Positions 17,072 to 26,741 of a stretch of DNA of 64,000 nucleotides are shown here, piece by piece. How positions within the stretch are numbered: the stretch's first letter is position 1; each line of letters opens with the position of its first letter. Source of the DNA: a virus. The translations under genes were made by a program, and so were the position numbers. The notes under the pieces were generated by a model. That model worked only from the letters and a program-made list of their open reading frames with translations. It was not told the origin of the DNA and did not search any database. The DNA is taken from the IMG/VR virus record IMGVR_UViG_3300036766_001793, positions 101,485 through 165,484 of that record; one strand, 5' to 3'.

Positions 17072-17312
17072 TCTAGACGTCCTCGTCCTGGGCAGACGGC
17101 CCAGGGACCATGTTCAGTGAGACAAGCTCTCCGCCACTATCCTACCACGCCCGAAGAGATCTGGGCGACCCGCTATGGCTCCACGTCTGGGGACGCCAGT
17201 TCGCGCTGCTGCTGGGGGCAAATCTCGTCTGGGGAGACGTGCGTCTCCCTCCAGGGGGCGGCGTCGGGGGAGGTGGCCGGGGCGATAGTCGGTGTGGTCG
17301 TGGTCGTGGGCA

Positions 17313-17729
17313 TCAGTCTGCCTTCTTTCCCTTTCTGTACTCGCTCTCGAAGAGCGGCATCATGATGGAGACGTCTACCTGCGAGTCCACCGGCTCCTCG
17401 GAAATCGCCTGCCAGCCCACTCGCAGGGCCACCCTGGCCGCGAAGGCCTTGCGGAGGACGGGCTTCCCGAGTGGGGAACCGCCTGAGGATTTCGCCTCCT
17501 GCGGAACCGCGTAGTCGATCGCGAAGCAGTCGTCCAGGGAGAGCGACAGACAGGCCTCCGGCTGTCCGTTTTCCTCGCAGAAGAGGATGCCCGTCGCTAT
17601 CTGGTCATTGAGCTCCTGGCTTGTCGGAGGGATCTTCCACTGGTCCTGGCCGGACATCTCGTGGCGCACCTTGCTCTGGAGCAGCCACAGCTCCTCGAGC
17701 GTGAATGTGACCGGGGTTCTCTCAGGCAT
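17313..17729 (-). CDS. Hypothetical protein
   Basis: GGAGG RBS before MPERTPV. Confidence 0.75.
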   Translation of the reverse strand: MPERTPVTFTLEELWLLQSKVRHEMSGQDQWKIPPTSQELNDQIATGILFCEENGQPEACLSLSLDDCFAIDYAVPQEAKSSGGSPLGKPVLRKAFAARVALRVGWQAISEEPVDSQVDVSIMMPLFESEYRKGKKAD

Positions 17730-17809
17730 CTGTGCCTCCGCCGGATTACTATGCGCCCGCCGGGGTGGGATTGGGGCCTGCCATCGGCCACACTTTGCGA
17801 AGTTTCCCG

Positions 17810-19999
17810 TTACCCGCACCTCTCGAACGAGCAGGAGGGGCAGTGGGCGCACCCATTGGCGTGCCTCATCATCTGGCCGCACGCCGGGCAGGTCTCCCCG
17901 GTGAGGGCCCCGATGATGGCCTCCTCAGCCCCTTGCGGGACCGCCCCGCCCCACCTGATCTCCATGTAGCGGACGATGTAGTCGATTATCGAGGAGGCGA
18001 ACGGGATGTCGGGGTTGGCGGTCCGGCCTGCCGGGGCGAAGACCTGGCCGGTGAGCTTCTCGGTGAGAGCCCCGAAGTCCACCCCGTACTGGAGGCAGTA
18101 CGACAGGAGCATCGCGACGACGTCCATGAGGCCGTTCATCGTGCTGCCCTGCTTGGAGATGTTGATGAACACCTCCCCAGGCGCGCCGTCCTCGAAGAGG
18201 CCGACGGTGAGGTACCCCTCGACCCCGTCCACCTCGAACTTGTGGTTGACCGCGGACCGATCTGTCGGGAGCCTCCTGCGCTTCTGCGGCCGGGCGGGAC
18301 TGTCCGGCTCCGCCTGCTGCTCCGCCATGGAGGCGGCGGTATGGAGCACCTGGGCGGCCCGGCTACCGTCGCGGTAGACGGACAGGCTCTTGCAGCCCTC
18401 GTCGTAGGCGAACATGTAGATGCGGGCTACGTCTTCCACGGTCGCGCTGTTCGGCAGGTTTGCTGTCTTCGAGATGGAGCTGCACACGAACTCTTGGGCG
18501 GCCGCCTGCATGAGCACGTGCTCTTCCGGGGTCACGTCCATGGCGGCGACTACGTAGGCGGGCCTGGCGATTTTGTCCTCATAGGTGTCGGCCCAGTCGC
18601 TCTTGACCCAATACTCGCCGAGGCGGTCCCTCCTGAAGTACTTGAAGTCGAAGTACGGCTCGATGCCTGAGTTCACGCCTGTCATCTGCGAGATGGTCCC
18701 GGTGGGCGCGACCGAAAGGAGGTAGCAGTTCCTGATGCCGTACTCAGAGATGCCCCGACGAATGTCCACCGGCAGCCTCTTGATGAAAGGGCGCTTGAGG
18801 TACTCCTCGGCGATGAACTCCGGGAATGGGCCGCGCTCGGCAGACAGGGCGACGCTCGCCCGGTACGACTCGTCGCGGAGCGTCCTGAATACCCTGGAGG
18901 TGAAGGCGAGGGCCTCCTCGGATCCGTACCTCAGCCTCAGGTCGAGGAGGGCGTCCGCCAGACCCATGACCCCTATGCCCATGCGCCTGATGCGCTGCTG
19001 GCTATCCCGGCACTCTGGGAGTGGATAGTGGCTCAGATCGACTATGTTGTCGTTGAACCTGACTGCGATTGGGGCGTACTGCTTGAGCTCCTCGAAGTCG
19101 AACACCTTACCAGTTCCGTTGGGGTCCTGCTTGACGAATGCCCTGAGGTTGAATGACCCGAGGAGACAGGCTCCGTAAGGGCCGAGAGTTTGCTCCCCGC
19201 ACGGATTTGAAGCATATTGCGTTTCGAAGTACCCTGAGTTGGCCTCCTTGTTGGCCCTCTCCATGAAATAGATCCCCGGCTCCGCGGATCTCCAGGCCGC
19301 CGCCACGATCTCGTCCCAGATCTGCCTAGCCCTCACGGTCCTGTAAACGCGCCCGCCCCACCTGAGCTCCCAGTCGTCGTTCCGCTTGACCGCCTCCATG
19401 AAGGAGTCCGAGAGGCAGACCGACATGTTGCATCCTTCGAGCCGCCCGGGGATCTCCTTGGCGTGGATGAACTCGAACACGTCGGGGTGGTCGCAGTCGA
19501 TCATGATCATCGCGGCGCCCCGCCGGCTGCCGCCCTGGACGACCACGTCGTGGGAGACGTACGCGAAGAGCTGGGCCCACGTGACCGGCCCAGAGGACGT
19601 TCCGTTGACGCCCCTCACCGGGTCCCCGGATGGGCGGAGCGAAGAGATGTTGATGCCCACCCCGCCACCCTTGGACTGGATCTCCGTCCACTGCATGAGG
19701 GACGTCCCGACGATGCCCTGCCTGCTGTCCTCGGGGCTGGGGAGGACGAAGCAGTTGAGGGCGGTGACGCCGGCCCCCGTGCCCATGGCGGCGAGTATGC
19801 GCCCCCCAGGGACGTACCTGGAGTCCTCCATCAGTGAGTAGAACCTCTGGGCCCACTCCTCTCGCGCCGGCTCTGCCTCGGCCTCGGCGACGGCGCTGGA
19901 CACCCTCCGCCACGCTTGGTGCGGGAACTGCTCCCCGTCGTGCGCGTAGCGGTCCTGGAAGGTCAGGACCTGGACATCTGAATAGACAGCACTAGTCAA
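17810..19999 (-). CDS. nrdJ: Class II (adenosylcobalamin) ribonucleotide reductase with TSCPD-like domain and Zn ribbon
   Basis: PGGRIL, NCFV, GGGVG, SNPCGEQ, APTGTIS, YRDGSR, C-terminal CxxC...CxxC...ERCG. Confidence 0.95.
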   Translation of the reverse strand: MTSAVYSDVQVLTFQDRYAHDGEQFPHQAWRRVSSAVAEAEAEPAREEWAQRFYSLMEDSRYVPGGRILAAMGTGAGVTALNCFVLPSPEDSRQGIVGTSLMQWTEIQSKGGGVGINISSLRPSGDPVRGVNGTSSGPVTWAQLFAYVSHDVVVQGGSRRGAAMIMIDCDHPDVFEFIHAKEIPGRLEGCNMSVCLSDSFMEAVKRNDDWELRWGGRVYRTVRARQIWDEIVAAAWRSAEPGIYFMERANKEANSGYFETQYASNPCGEQTLGPYGACLLGSFNLRAFVKQDPNGTGKVFDFEELKQYAPIAVRFNDNIVDLSHYPLPECRDSQQRIRRMGIGVMGLADALLDLRLRYGSEEALAFTSRVFRTLRDESYRASVALSAERGPFPEFIAEEYLKRPFIKRLPVDIRRGISEYGIRNCYLLSVAPTGTISQMTGVNSGIEPYFDFKYFRRDRLGEYWVKSDWADTYEDKIARPAYVVAAMDVTPEEHVLMQAAAQEFVCSSISKTANLPNSATVEDVARIYMFAYDEGCKSLSVYRDGSRAAQVLHTAASMAEQQAEPDSPARPQKRRRLPTDRSAVNHKFEVDGVEGYLTVGLFEDGAPGEVFINISKQGSTMNGLMDVVAMLLSYCLQYGVDFGALTEKLTGQVFAPAGRTANPDIPFASSIIDYIVRYMEIRWGGAVPQGAEEAIIGALTGETCPACGQMMRHANGCAHCPSCSFERCG

Positions 20000-20059
20000 C
20001 TCGATCCATCTCCTCTGATGTCGTAGAAAACTCTAAGCAGTAACTAGGCAGGTGTGTCC

Positions 20060-21646
20060 CTACTTCAGCGGGCGCTGGGCGTAGGCGGCCCCCTTGTACA
20101 CATTGGCCGAGCTCGGGACGACCACGGGATCTGAAGACCAGCGACCCATGCTCGGGTTGCGCTCGCCCGGACTCAGGGACGGGTGGTCGTTCCGAGCAGG
20201 GTCTTCATCGAGCCCAGCCGCAAACTCGGAGAAGATGTCCTCGGCGACGACCATGGCCGCCTGCTTGGCGACGTCTGGGTCCTCGTGCGGGTTAGTCCTC
20301 ATGAACAGGTCTGCGAGCGGGTCCACGAGGTCGTAGGCGTCGTCGTGGCTGAGGTCTCCCGCCCTGGCGGACCTGGCCCACTCCCGCTTGAACTGGCCCT
20401 GCAGCCGCCCTCCCGCCGGATCGTTGTCCGCCATGTCTCGCATGCGCTCGCCGTAGTCGTCGGCCGTGGCCTCACTCTCCTCCCTCGACCTCTGCGGCCT
20501 GCGGACCTTCAGCGACTGGACCTCCTCCACGTCCTTGGGGTGGAGCTGCCCGCCGCTGTCCGTGACGAACCGGCCGCCGCGCGGCCCCTGCTGGACGTTG
20601 GTCCCCTGCGGCGGCTGCTCGTCCGGCCTCAGGTAGCGGACGTCTTCGGCCGCCTTCTCCTCCCGGCGCTCGGCCGGCCAGTGACCCGTGCCCTCGTGCT
20701 CGGCCCAGGCGCAGAAGGCGTGCGGGTCGTCGACTGTGCCGCCGACGTGCTCCATGCACTTCGAGTGCGGCCCCTTCGAGACCGACTCCCAGAACTTCCT
20801 GGACGAGCCCCTGCCCCATCCCTTCGGCTTGCCGGCCTTGTTGGCGACCTCGCCGCTGGTCACGCTGCCGGAGTAGGGGCCCTCCGTCTCCGGGTGCTCT
20901 ATGTCGTGCGCCACCGACCCGTAGGCCGGGCGGGCCATCGACCCGTGGATCCCGTCGTCCTCCGGCTCGTCGGCCGGGTAGGACGGCTCGCCGACCGCCT
21001 TCAGGATCGAGTCGCTGACCATGACGACCGCGTCGAGGGACCAGGAGACTGAGCTCTCGAGCTCTTCGTCTGGGTCCACCTCTGGGCCCCTGGCCTTCGC
21101 GAGCCCCTCGCCCTTGAACGTCTTCCCGCTGCGGAGGGACGCCGTCTGGGTCAGGAGGTTGCTGCCGCTCGGCCTCCGCGGCGCCGGTTGGGCCGGCGGG
21201 GCCTTCGGCTTGAGGCTGAAGGTGTGCCCCTGGACGTCGGCGCCCTCGAGCATGTCGTCCCCGAGGATGCGTCGCGCGTCCGTCTCCCTGGTGGCCTGGA
21301 TCTCCTGCAGCCTCCCGCGGAGCTCCTGGATGCGCCTCATCTCCGGCGGGTTGCACTCGCCCTTCCTGGCCTTGTCGTACAGGTCCTTGTACTCGTCGAT
21401 GATCTTGTCTTCCTCGCCGTGCATCGGGTCGGCCGAGGCCTTCCTGTGCCTGAGGGTGACCGGGTGCTCCTCCGGATGGCCGAAATGGCGGTGGGTCAGC
21501 ACCTTCCGATCTGGGCCGGTCTCCGCGACGTGAACCGGCCTCTGCGTATAGGAGGCCTCCACCGCCGGCACCGGGCCGAGCGGGGCTTGGGTCCCGACGG
21601 ACATCCCCTGCTTGTTGACGACTGACTGGCCTACGGCGATAGTCAT
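20060..21646 (-). CDS. GPRGG-motif protein 5 (multi-segment, putative virion internal protein)
   Basis: EEKAAEDVRYLRPDEQPPQGTNVQQGPRGGRFV; many xxK(A/G) sites; C..H...DDPHAFCAW module. Confidence 0.8.
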   Translation of the reverse strand: MTIAVGQSVVNKQGMSVGTQAPLGPVPAVEASYTQRPVHVAETGPDRKVLTHRHFGHPEEHPVTLRHRKASADPMHGEEDKIIDEYKDLYDKARKGECNPPEMRRIQELRGRLQEIQATRETDARRILGDDMLEGADVQGHTFSLKPKAPPAQPAPRRPSGSNLLTQTASLRSGKTFKGEGLAKARGPEVDPDEELESSVSWSLDAVVMVSDSILKAVGEPSYPADEPEDDGIHGSMARPAYGSVAHDIEHPETEGPYSGSVTSGEVANKAGKPKGWGRGSSRKFWESVSKGPHSKCMEHVGGTVDDPHAFCAWAEHEGTGHWPAERREEKAAEDVRYLRPDEQPPQGTNVQQGPRGGRFVTDSGGQLHPKDVEEVQSLKVRRPQRSREESEATADDYGERMRDMADNDPAGGRLQGQFKREWARSARAGDLSHDDAYDLVDPLADLFMRTNPHEDPDVAKQAAMVVAEDIFSEFAAGLDEDPARNDHPSLSPGERNPSMGRWSSDPVVVPSSANVYKGAAYAQRPLK

Positions 21647-21888
21647 GACCTGGTTATCTCCCTGAGGGTGACTGGCCTCAGGCCCCCGCGGGGCTGCGGG
21701 TCAGCGCGCAGATCCCAGTTTACCCTGCGCCTCCTGATCTGGGGGACCCTGGAGACCGGGGCCGTGGCCATCATGAGGAGCTGGAACCACCTCACCCTGA
21801 TCGTGCACCTGGAGCACTTCTCGACCCCGAGCAGCTTGGCCGGGACCCAGAGCACCGCGGTAAGCAGGCGGTCGACGAGATCTACCAA
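21643..21888 (-). CDS. Small hypothetical protein
   Basis: Overlapping start/stop with neighbours. Confidence 0.55.
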   Translation of the reverse strand: MVDLVDRLLTAVLWVPAKLLGVEKCSRCTIRVRWFQLLMMATAPVSRVPQIRRRRVNWDLRADPQPRGGLRPVTLREITRS

Positions 21889-22343
21889 GATCTGTCCTCG
21901 CCGCAGTTGCAGCCACCCTTCTTGAGCGGTATGGGGCCGAAGATGGCGCTCGCAAACCTGGTCGCCGCGTACTCAATGGGCATGCCCTTGGTGACCTTCG
22001 GGATCTGGTAGATACCGCCGTGCCCCCCGTCCTCAGACTTCCGGATCGCCTGGCCGGAGAGCTCGGCCCCAGTGACCGCGTACCAGCTGCCGCCCTTGTG
22101 CCAGAGCTCCGCGTATCCCGCCGCGTTGTCCACGGAGATGACGTGCTGGAGCCCGCCGTCCACCGCCTTGGAGAGGTCGGGCCACCTGGTGGTCCTCGCT
22201 TTCTTGGCGATCCCCAGCAGGCCCCCGGCGGCGCCCGAGTACTCCGCGGCCCTGGAGATGGCGCTGGCCGACTCCTGCGGGCTGAACCCCGGCACGACCA
22301 GCGCCTGGTCGGCCTTCACGATGCTGAGAAAATCATGTGCCAT
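21882..22343 (-). CDS. Hypothetical protein with xxK(A/S/G) sites
   Basis: GAGGGG RBS; IVKA, LSKA, IRKS, VTKG. Confidence 0.75.
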   Translation of the reverse strand: MAHDFLSIVKADQALVVPGFSPQESASAISRAAEYSGAAGGLLGIAKKARTTRWPDLSKAVDGGLQHVISVDNAAGYAELWHKGGSWYAVTGAELSGQAIRKSEDGGHGGIYQIPKVTKGMPIEYAATRFASAIFGPIPLKKGGCNCGEDRSW

Positions 22344-22363
22344 ATTTCGGCCCCCTCAGAATC

Positions 22364-22873
22364 CTAAGCCATCTTCTCGGTCCGAGGGGCCCTCTTCCCC
22401 TTGGCGGCGACCGGCTTAGCCACCTCGACGGGCGACCAACTGGCGGCGTCCCAGCCCGCCACGAGCGTCTCCTCCACGTAGTCTAGGCCCGCTTCCTCGA
22501 GGCCCCGCTCATCAACGCTCGGGGCTGGCCCGGGGCCATCAGCTCCGTTTGCCGTCGTTGGCTTCGCCCAAGGGGAAGCTGAGTCGAGGGCTGGGGACTC
22601 GTCGAACAGGCCCGATTCAGCTACGCCAATGAAGTAGGCGGAGCCGAGCCTGTTCGTCGAGAACCCCCACTCCTCGTTGTTCCAGAGGAGGAGCGACTCG
22701 ATCTTCCCGACCGGGACCTGGCTGTCGATGATCTCTCCCTGGGCGGTGAAGTCGCCGGCAGAGGCGAGGACCAGGAAGTCCCCCGCGTCCGTCTTGCGCT
22801 CCCCGACCACCTCCCCGGAGACGACGCCGGCTCCCCTGAGGATGATCACCACGAACCCGCTGATTTCTGTCAT
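22364..22873 (-). CDS. Hypothetical protein
   Basis: ORF with RBS. Confidence 0.7.
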   Translation of the reverse strand: MTEISGFVVIILRGAGVVSGEVVGERKTDAGDFLVLASAGDFTAQGEIIDSQVPVGKIESLLLWNNEEWGFSTNRLGSAYFIGVAESGLFDESPALDSASPWAKPTTANGADGPGPAPSVDERGLEEAGLDYVEETLVAGWDAASWSPVEVAKPVAAKGKRAPRTEKMA

Positions 22874-22886
22874 GCCCTAGTACCCC

Positions 22887-23126
22887 TTACTCCTCGTCGA
22901 ACTGCACCCCGGCGGACAGGTCATTCCCTGGCACGTCGGGGGCGTCCTTAACTGATGCTATCGTGAGGGCCACGTTCCCCGCCAGTTGGTACGAGGCCGC
23001 GGCGTCCTTCCACTGGCCGGCCTGCGAGGCGAGCTTGCCGTTCTCCATGAAGCTCTCGAACACCCGGGCAAGCCTCTCCGACACCTCCGCCTTCGTCGGG
23101 CCGAGGGCCTTCGTCTCCTCTGTCAT
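22887..23126 (-). CDS. Small hypothetical protein
   Basis: MTEETK start overlaps the upstream stop. Confidence 0.6.
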   Translation of the reverse strand: MTEETKALGPTKAEVSERLARVFESFMENGKLASQAGQWKDAAASYQLAGNVALTIASVKDAPDVPGNDLSAGVQFDEE

Positions 23127-23482
23127 TTCCCCAACACGTCCTGGATTGAGAAGCTCCTCTCGTTGAGGGCTGCCCTCCATGCGGCGGCCGCGACTATCCT
23201 GAAGATGAGCTGATTCACCCGGTCGAGGCTCCTTTCGAACGGCTGCCCGCGGCCGGCGTCGCTGACGACCGACTGGTAGATGGCGGTCATGTTGGCCTTG
23301 AGCGCTCGGTTGAGTGAGTAGTCCTTCTCGAGCCATGCCCTGAGGGAGGGCTCCTCTCTCTCGAGGTGCTCCAACGCCTCGTCGACCCACAGGTCTGCCG
23401 CGCGGATCTCTACCAGGGCCCCATGGTCCAGCTGCTGCCTCAGCAGCCTAGCGAACACCCCTCTTGCCGAGGCAGCAGGCAC
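23123..23482 (-). CDS. Hypothetical protein
   Basis: Preceded by a TATAAT box. Confidence 0.7.
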   Translation of the reverse strand: MPAASARGVFARLLRQQLDHGALVEIRAADLWVDEALEHLEREEPSLRAWLEKDYSLNRALKANMTAIYQSVVSDAGRGQPFERSLDRVNQLIFRIVAAAAWRAALNERSFSIQDVLGK

Positions 23483-23504
23483 TTCAACACCCCCCTAGCA
23501 CAGA

Positions 23505-23858
23505 TTATACCGTCCTGGACTCAAGCCACCGCTCCAGTCGGCAGATTCTGATGTCCCTCTCCTGGATTATCGTGCTGAGCCTCACTATCTCGATTTCCTT
23601 CTCCATGACGAGGGCCTCGAGCCTGGAGATCTCTGCCCTTGACTCCTCCTTGGCCTGGGCTATCTCCTCTCGGAGGCTGTTGACCTGCTCGTTGAGGAAG
23701 TCCCGCTGCTTCTGGCTCTCCTGCCAGAGGTCTGTGGCGTCGGAGGTCGCTATCCTCCCCGAGGACGTCCTCCTGGCGGCGAAAAAGGCAAAAATGGGAG
23801 CCATCACGACCCCGAGTATTCCAAGCGCTACTGGCCACCACGCGTCAATCACGCCCAT
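23505..23858 (-). CDS. Single-TM plus coiled-coil protein (possible holin or lysis accessory)
   Basis: N-terminal hydrophobic helix, then heptad repeats. Confidence 0.7.
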   Translation of the reverse strand: MGVIDAWWPVALGILGVVMAPIFAFFAARRTSSGRIATSDATDLWQESQKQRDFLNEQVNSLREEIAQAKEESRAEISRLEALVMEKEIEIVRLSTIIQERDIRICRLERWLESRTV

Positions 23859-24073
23859 CAAGACAGCCGCCCTGAGGGGATAACCAGCCCGGCGAGGTAA
23901 GCAAGCGACAGGAGAGCCCACGACCCGGCGACAGCCAGCCACCCCAGGGTGAGAAGAACCACAAGGTTAGCCCCCATGGTGCCGGCCAAAGCCACAGAAA
24001 TGGGGACCAGGTTCCTCAGATGGAACCTACGCCATGAGTCGCATCCACGCCGAAAGTTCCCTGTGGCCATCAC
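23858..24073 (-). CDS. Small membrane protein
   Basis: Two hydrophobic segments. Confidence 0.6.
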   Translation of the reverse strand: MMATGNFRRGCDSWRRFHLRNLVPISVALAGTMGANLVVLLTLGWLAVAGSWALLSLAYLAGLVIPSGRLS

Positions 24074-24108
24074 CCATTATTCCCGCAGGACGACGGTTTC
24101 GGGGGCCC

Positions 24109-24321
24109 TCACTCGACCGCTATTCTCGGCCCCAGATCCACTATCGGAGAGACCGCCAGCTCGAACAGGTCCCCCACCAGCGGCGCCGAGTCCGGACGAA
24201 CCTGCATAGAGAGCTGCACCGCCCCGTCCAGGCTCCGGCAGGACACCATCACTAGCTCCTCGCCCGGCGGCTGCTGGGCCCTCATGAGGGTGGTCTGAAA
24301 CACCCTCACCTGGACGGTCAC
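24109..24321 (-). CDS. Small hypothetical protein
   Basis: Start overlaps the upstream stop. Confidence 0.55.
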   Translation of the reverse strand: MTVQVRVFQTTLMRAQQPPGEELVMVSCRSLDGAVQLSMQVRPDSAPLVGDLFELAVSPIVDLGPRIAVE

Positions 24322-24959
24322 AGCACGAGCTCCTCCGGCTCGGCGGCCGGGGAGTCTGGCGTGCTGGACGCGTCAATCGATCCCTGAGTCGATGAGTTGA
24401 CGGACCTCCCACGGAGCATGGCGATGCACCTCTGGAGGTGCTCCGCCTGGGCGACGCAGTCGTTGAGCGCGTTGTGACCGCCGCCTCTGGTGTCGGCGTT
24501 GGGGAGCTTGGCCCCGGCGAGCCTGAAGACGGTCCTGGTGTCGTTGCAGTCCCAGAACTCCCACGGAGGCTTGTGGCCTATCCTGGCGTACGCCTCGGAG
24601 ATGATGGGGATGTCGAACGTGGCCCCGTGGCTCCAGACGCACGTCTTGTACCTGACGGCGTGGGACTTGTACCACGAGCTGAAGGCGGAGAGCACCTGCC
24701 CGACGGGCTCTGGCCTGGGGTCCGTCAGCGCCCGCCTAGCCGCGTCCTCCTTGCCGAACCACCACATCACCGTGGAGCCGTCCACCCTCAGGCCTAGATC
24801 TATGCAGGACTGGGCGTCGACGTTCCTGTAGAACGCCCTCTGGCCACCAAAGGGCACTCCGTCTGAGAACGGGTCGAACGCCACGGCTCCTATCGAGAGG
24901 AAGGCGGTGTCGCCCCGCGTCCCAAGGGTCTCGAGGTCGACCATAATGTCAAGAGGCAT
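24318..24959 (-). CDS. DEDDh 3'-5' exonuclease (DUF5051 / exonuclease VIII-like)
   Basis: IMVDLETLG, WSHGATFD, DTRT, HNALND. Confidence 0.92.
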   Translation of the reverse strand: MPLDIMVDLETLGTRGDTAFLSIGAVAFDPFSDGVPFGGQRAFYRNVDAQSCIDLGLRVDGSTVMWWFGKEDAARRALTDPRPEPVGQVLSAFSSWYKSHAVRYKTCVWSHGATFDIPIISEAYARIGHKPPWEFWDCNDTRTVFRLAGAKLPNADTRGGGHNALNDCVAQAEHLQRCIAMLRGRSVNSSTQGSIDASSTPDSPAAEPEELVL

Positions 24960-25015
24960 CCGCGGCTCCTTAGCTCGATTGGCTGCACCTTCTAGGATAC
25001 CGGCATTTCTGCGTT

Positions 25016-25480
25016 CTACACCAGACCGAGCCTAACCACGTCGGCAATCCACAGGGCGTCTGCCTCGTTGTCGTCGGAGACCTTGATCCCCCATTTAGCC
25101 TCGGCAGCAGACACCATCTCGCCCTTCCCAGCATTGCCCCGCCCTGTGCCGTGCCGCTTGGCAGTCCCAACCGGGACGCCGGCGTACGGGACCCCGAGCT
25201 CCTCGCACACCCGCGTGACCGTGGCGACGACCCCGCCGTAGATGTGGGCGGCGTCCGTCCCCATGTGCCGACGGACCTCCTCGAACCCCACCACCGTCTC
25301 AGCTGGGTCGGAGAGCAGCTCCCTGACGTGGCGGTCGAGCCTGACGAACCTCATCCCGGCCCCGTCGAATCTGCCGCCAGAGAGCCTCCAGGTGCCGCTG
25401 GCGACCCTGAGGCCTGATTCGTCGAGGACCGCCCACCCACAGTTCATTCCAGGGTCTATGCCGACATATCTCTTCACCAC
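25016..25480 (-). CDS. ruvC: RuvC-like Holliday junction resolvase
   Basis: VGIDPG, FEE, K..TG.GNA.K, DNEADA. Confidence 0.92.
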   Translation of the reverse strand: MVKRYVGIDPGMNCGWAVLDESGLRVASGTWRLSGGRFDGAGMRFVRLDRHVRELLSDPAETVVGFEEVRRHMGTDAAHIYGGVVATVTRVCEELGVPYAGVPVGTAKRHGTGRGNAGKGEMVSAAEAKWGIKVSDDNEADALWIADVVRLGLV

Positions 25481-25482
25481 GC

Positions 25483-25845
25483 CTATACTGTACCCTGAAG
25501 ACCATCCCTCCCAATCTCCGTCGGCCCCACCCCCATTCGTTCAGCCCTCTCCCTCGCCGCATTTTCCCGCCACTTGGTCTCCTGCTCTGCGTTAAGTCTG
25601 TTCATCCTGTCCCACGGATCCTCGTCTATGTAAAGAGTGAAGCACACACAGCAAACGTGCTCTCCGTCCAGGGTCCCGCCGTACATGCCGGAGTGCGGGA
25701 CGAAGCAAACGACCCCGTCCTCCCTAAGGAATAGCGAGCCTACCTCGGCGGGTCCGAGCTCGGCGGGCCACGCGTCTTGACGGCTCCTGCACATCTCGCA
25801 GATCGCTCGCGGGAGCTCGACCGGGTAGCGGCACTTCTTCTTCAT
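25483..25845 (-). CDS. Cys-rich hypothetical protein
   Basis: MKKKCRY start coupled to the Pnk stop. Confidence 0.6.
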   Translation of the reverse strand: MKKKCRYPVELPRAICEMCRSRQDAWPAELGPAEVGSLFLREDGVVCFVPHSGMYGGTLDGEHVCCVCFTLYIDEDPWDRMNRLNAEQETKWRENAARERAERMGVGPTEIGRDGLQGTV

Positions 25846-26741
25846 TAGAAGTTGCCCTCGGCGACCTGGAGGCAGGTCAGCCCGAGCGACCGCCAGAGCT
25901 CTACCACCTGGTTGCGGTCGTCTAGGACGAAGTGGACGTTGAACTTCCCCCTCACGTGGGCGTCGAAGAGCTCTGCCTTGACCACAGCGTCCTTCCTGCT
26001 GTCCCCGCCCTTCCTCATGTGGAGCTCGTAGTGGTGCCCGAAGTGCTTCTCCAGGAAGTCGACGGTCTGCCGCCGATAGAGGTCCTCGCGGCCCGACATG
26101 AAGATGATGTCTGGCGCGGCCGCACACAGAAGCGACTCCAGAAGGAGGAGGACCGGCGCGTTTGGGGTGTCGAGGTGGGCCGTGGCCGCGTTGTACGGGC
26201 TGCGGTGGTTCAGGCCGCATCCGCACCCGTGCCGCTGGCAGAAGAGCGCCACGGTCCCGTCCAAGTCGCATAGCACGGCCCAGGGGAGCCCGGGGGTCTC
26301 TCTGTACGGCTCCAGCTCCCATGGGGTGCCGATGAACCGCCTGGCCATGTCCCTGATGACCGCCTCGCCGACTGGCCTCGCCCGGCGGGAGTCCCTGGCG
26401 ATCGCCTCCTCCACCTCCACGTCGAAGCGCTTCACCTCGACCCGCGCCCCGAACGGCCTCGCGATCTCGTACATCCTGCGGATGTGCTTGTCCTCGAAGT
26501 TCGTGTCGTCCACGATGGCGCTCTTCCCGTCGACGAGGGCATCGGCCACGAGGCGGTCCCTCTCGGGGATCACCACCTCGCGCTCCTTGTGCTTGCTCCA
26601 CCCAGTTGGGAGGAGCCGCTCGCGGATGTCGTCCTTGTTCACGCGCACCCAAGCGCCGGGGTCGCTGGCCACCAGCCCCCTCGCGAAGGTGGACTTCCCG
26701 CTCGCCGGGAGCCCCTGGAGCACGAGTATCGTCTGGGTCAT
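25845..26741 (-). CDS. pseT: Polynucleotide 5'-kinase/3'-phosphatase (T4 PseT-like)
   Basis: GLPASGKST P-loop, DLDGT HAD motif, SGR, DDR. Confidence 0.95.
   Translation of the reverse strand: MTQTILVLQGLPASGKSTFARGLVASDPGAWVRVNKDDIRERLLPTGWSKHKEREVVIPERDRLVADALVDGKSAIVDDTNFEDKHIRRMYEIARPFGARVEVKRFDVEVEEAIARDSRRARPVGEAVIRDMARRFIGTPWELEPYRETPGLPWAVLCDLDGTVALFCQRHGCGCGLNHRSPYNAATAHLDTPNAPVLLLLESLLCAAAPDIIFMSGREDLYRRQTVDFLEKHFGHHYELHMRKGGDSRKDAVVKAELFDAHVRGKFNVHFVLDDRNQVVELWRSLGLTCLQVAEGNF

Noticed and set aside
23505-24073. Lysis cassette
   Set aside because: Small membrane proteins are present, but no endolysin is recognisable nearby.
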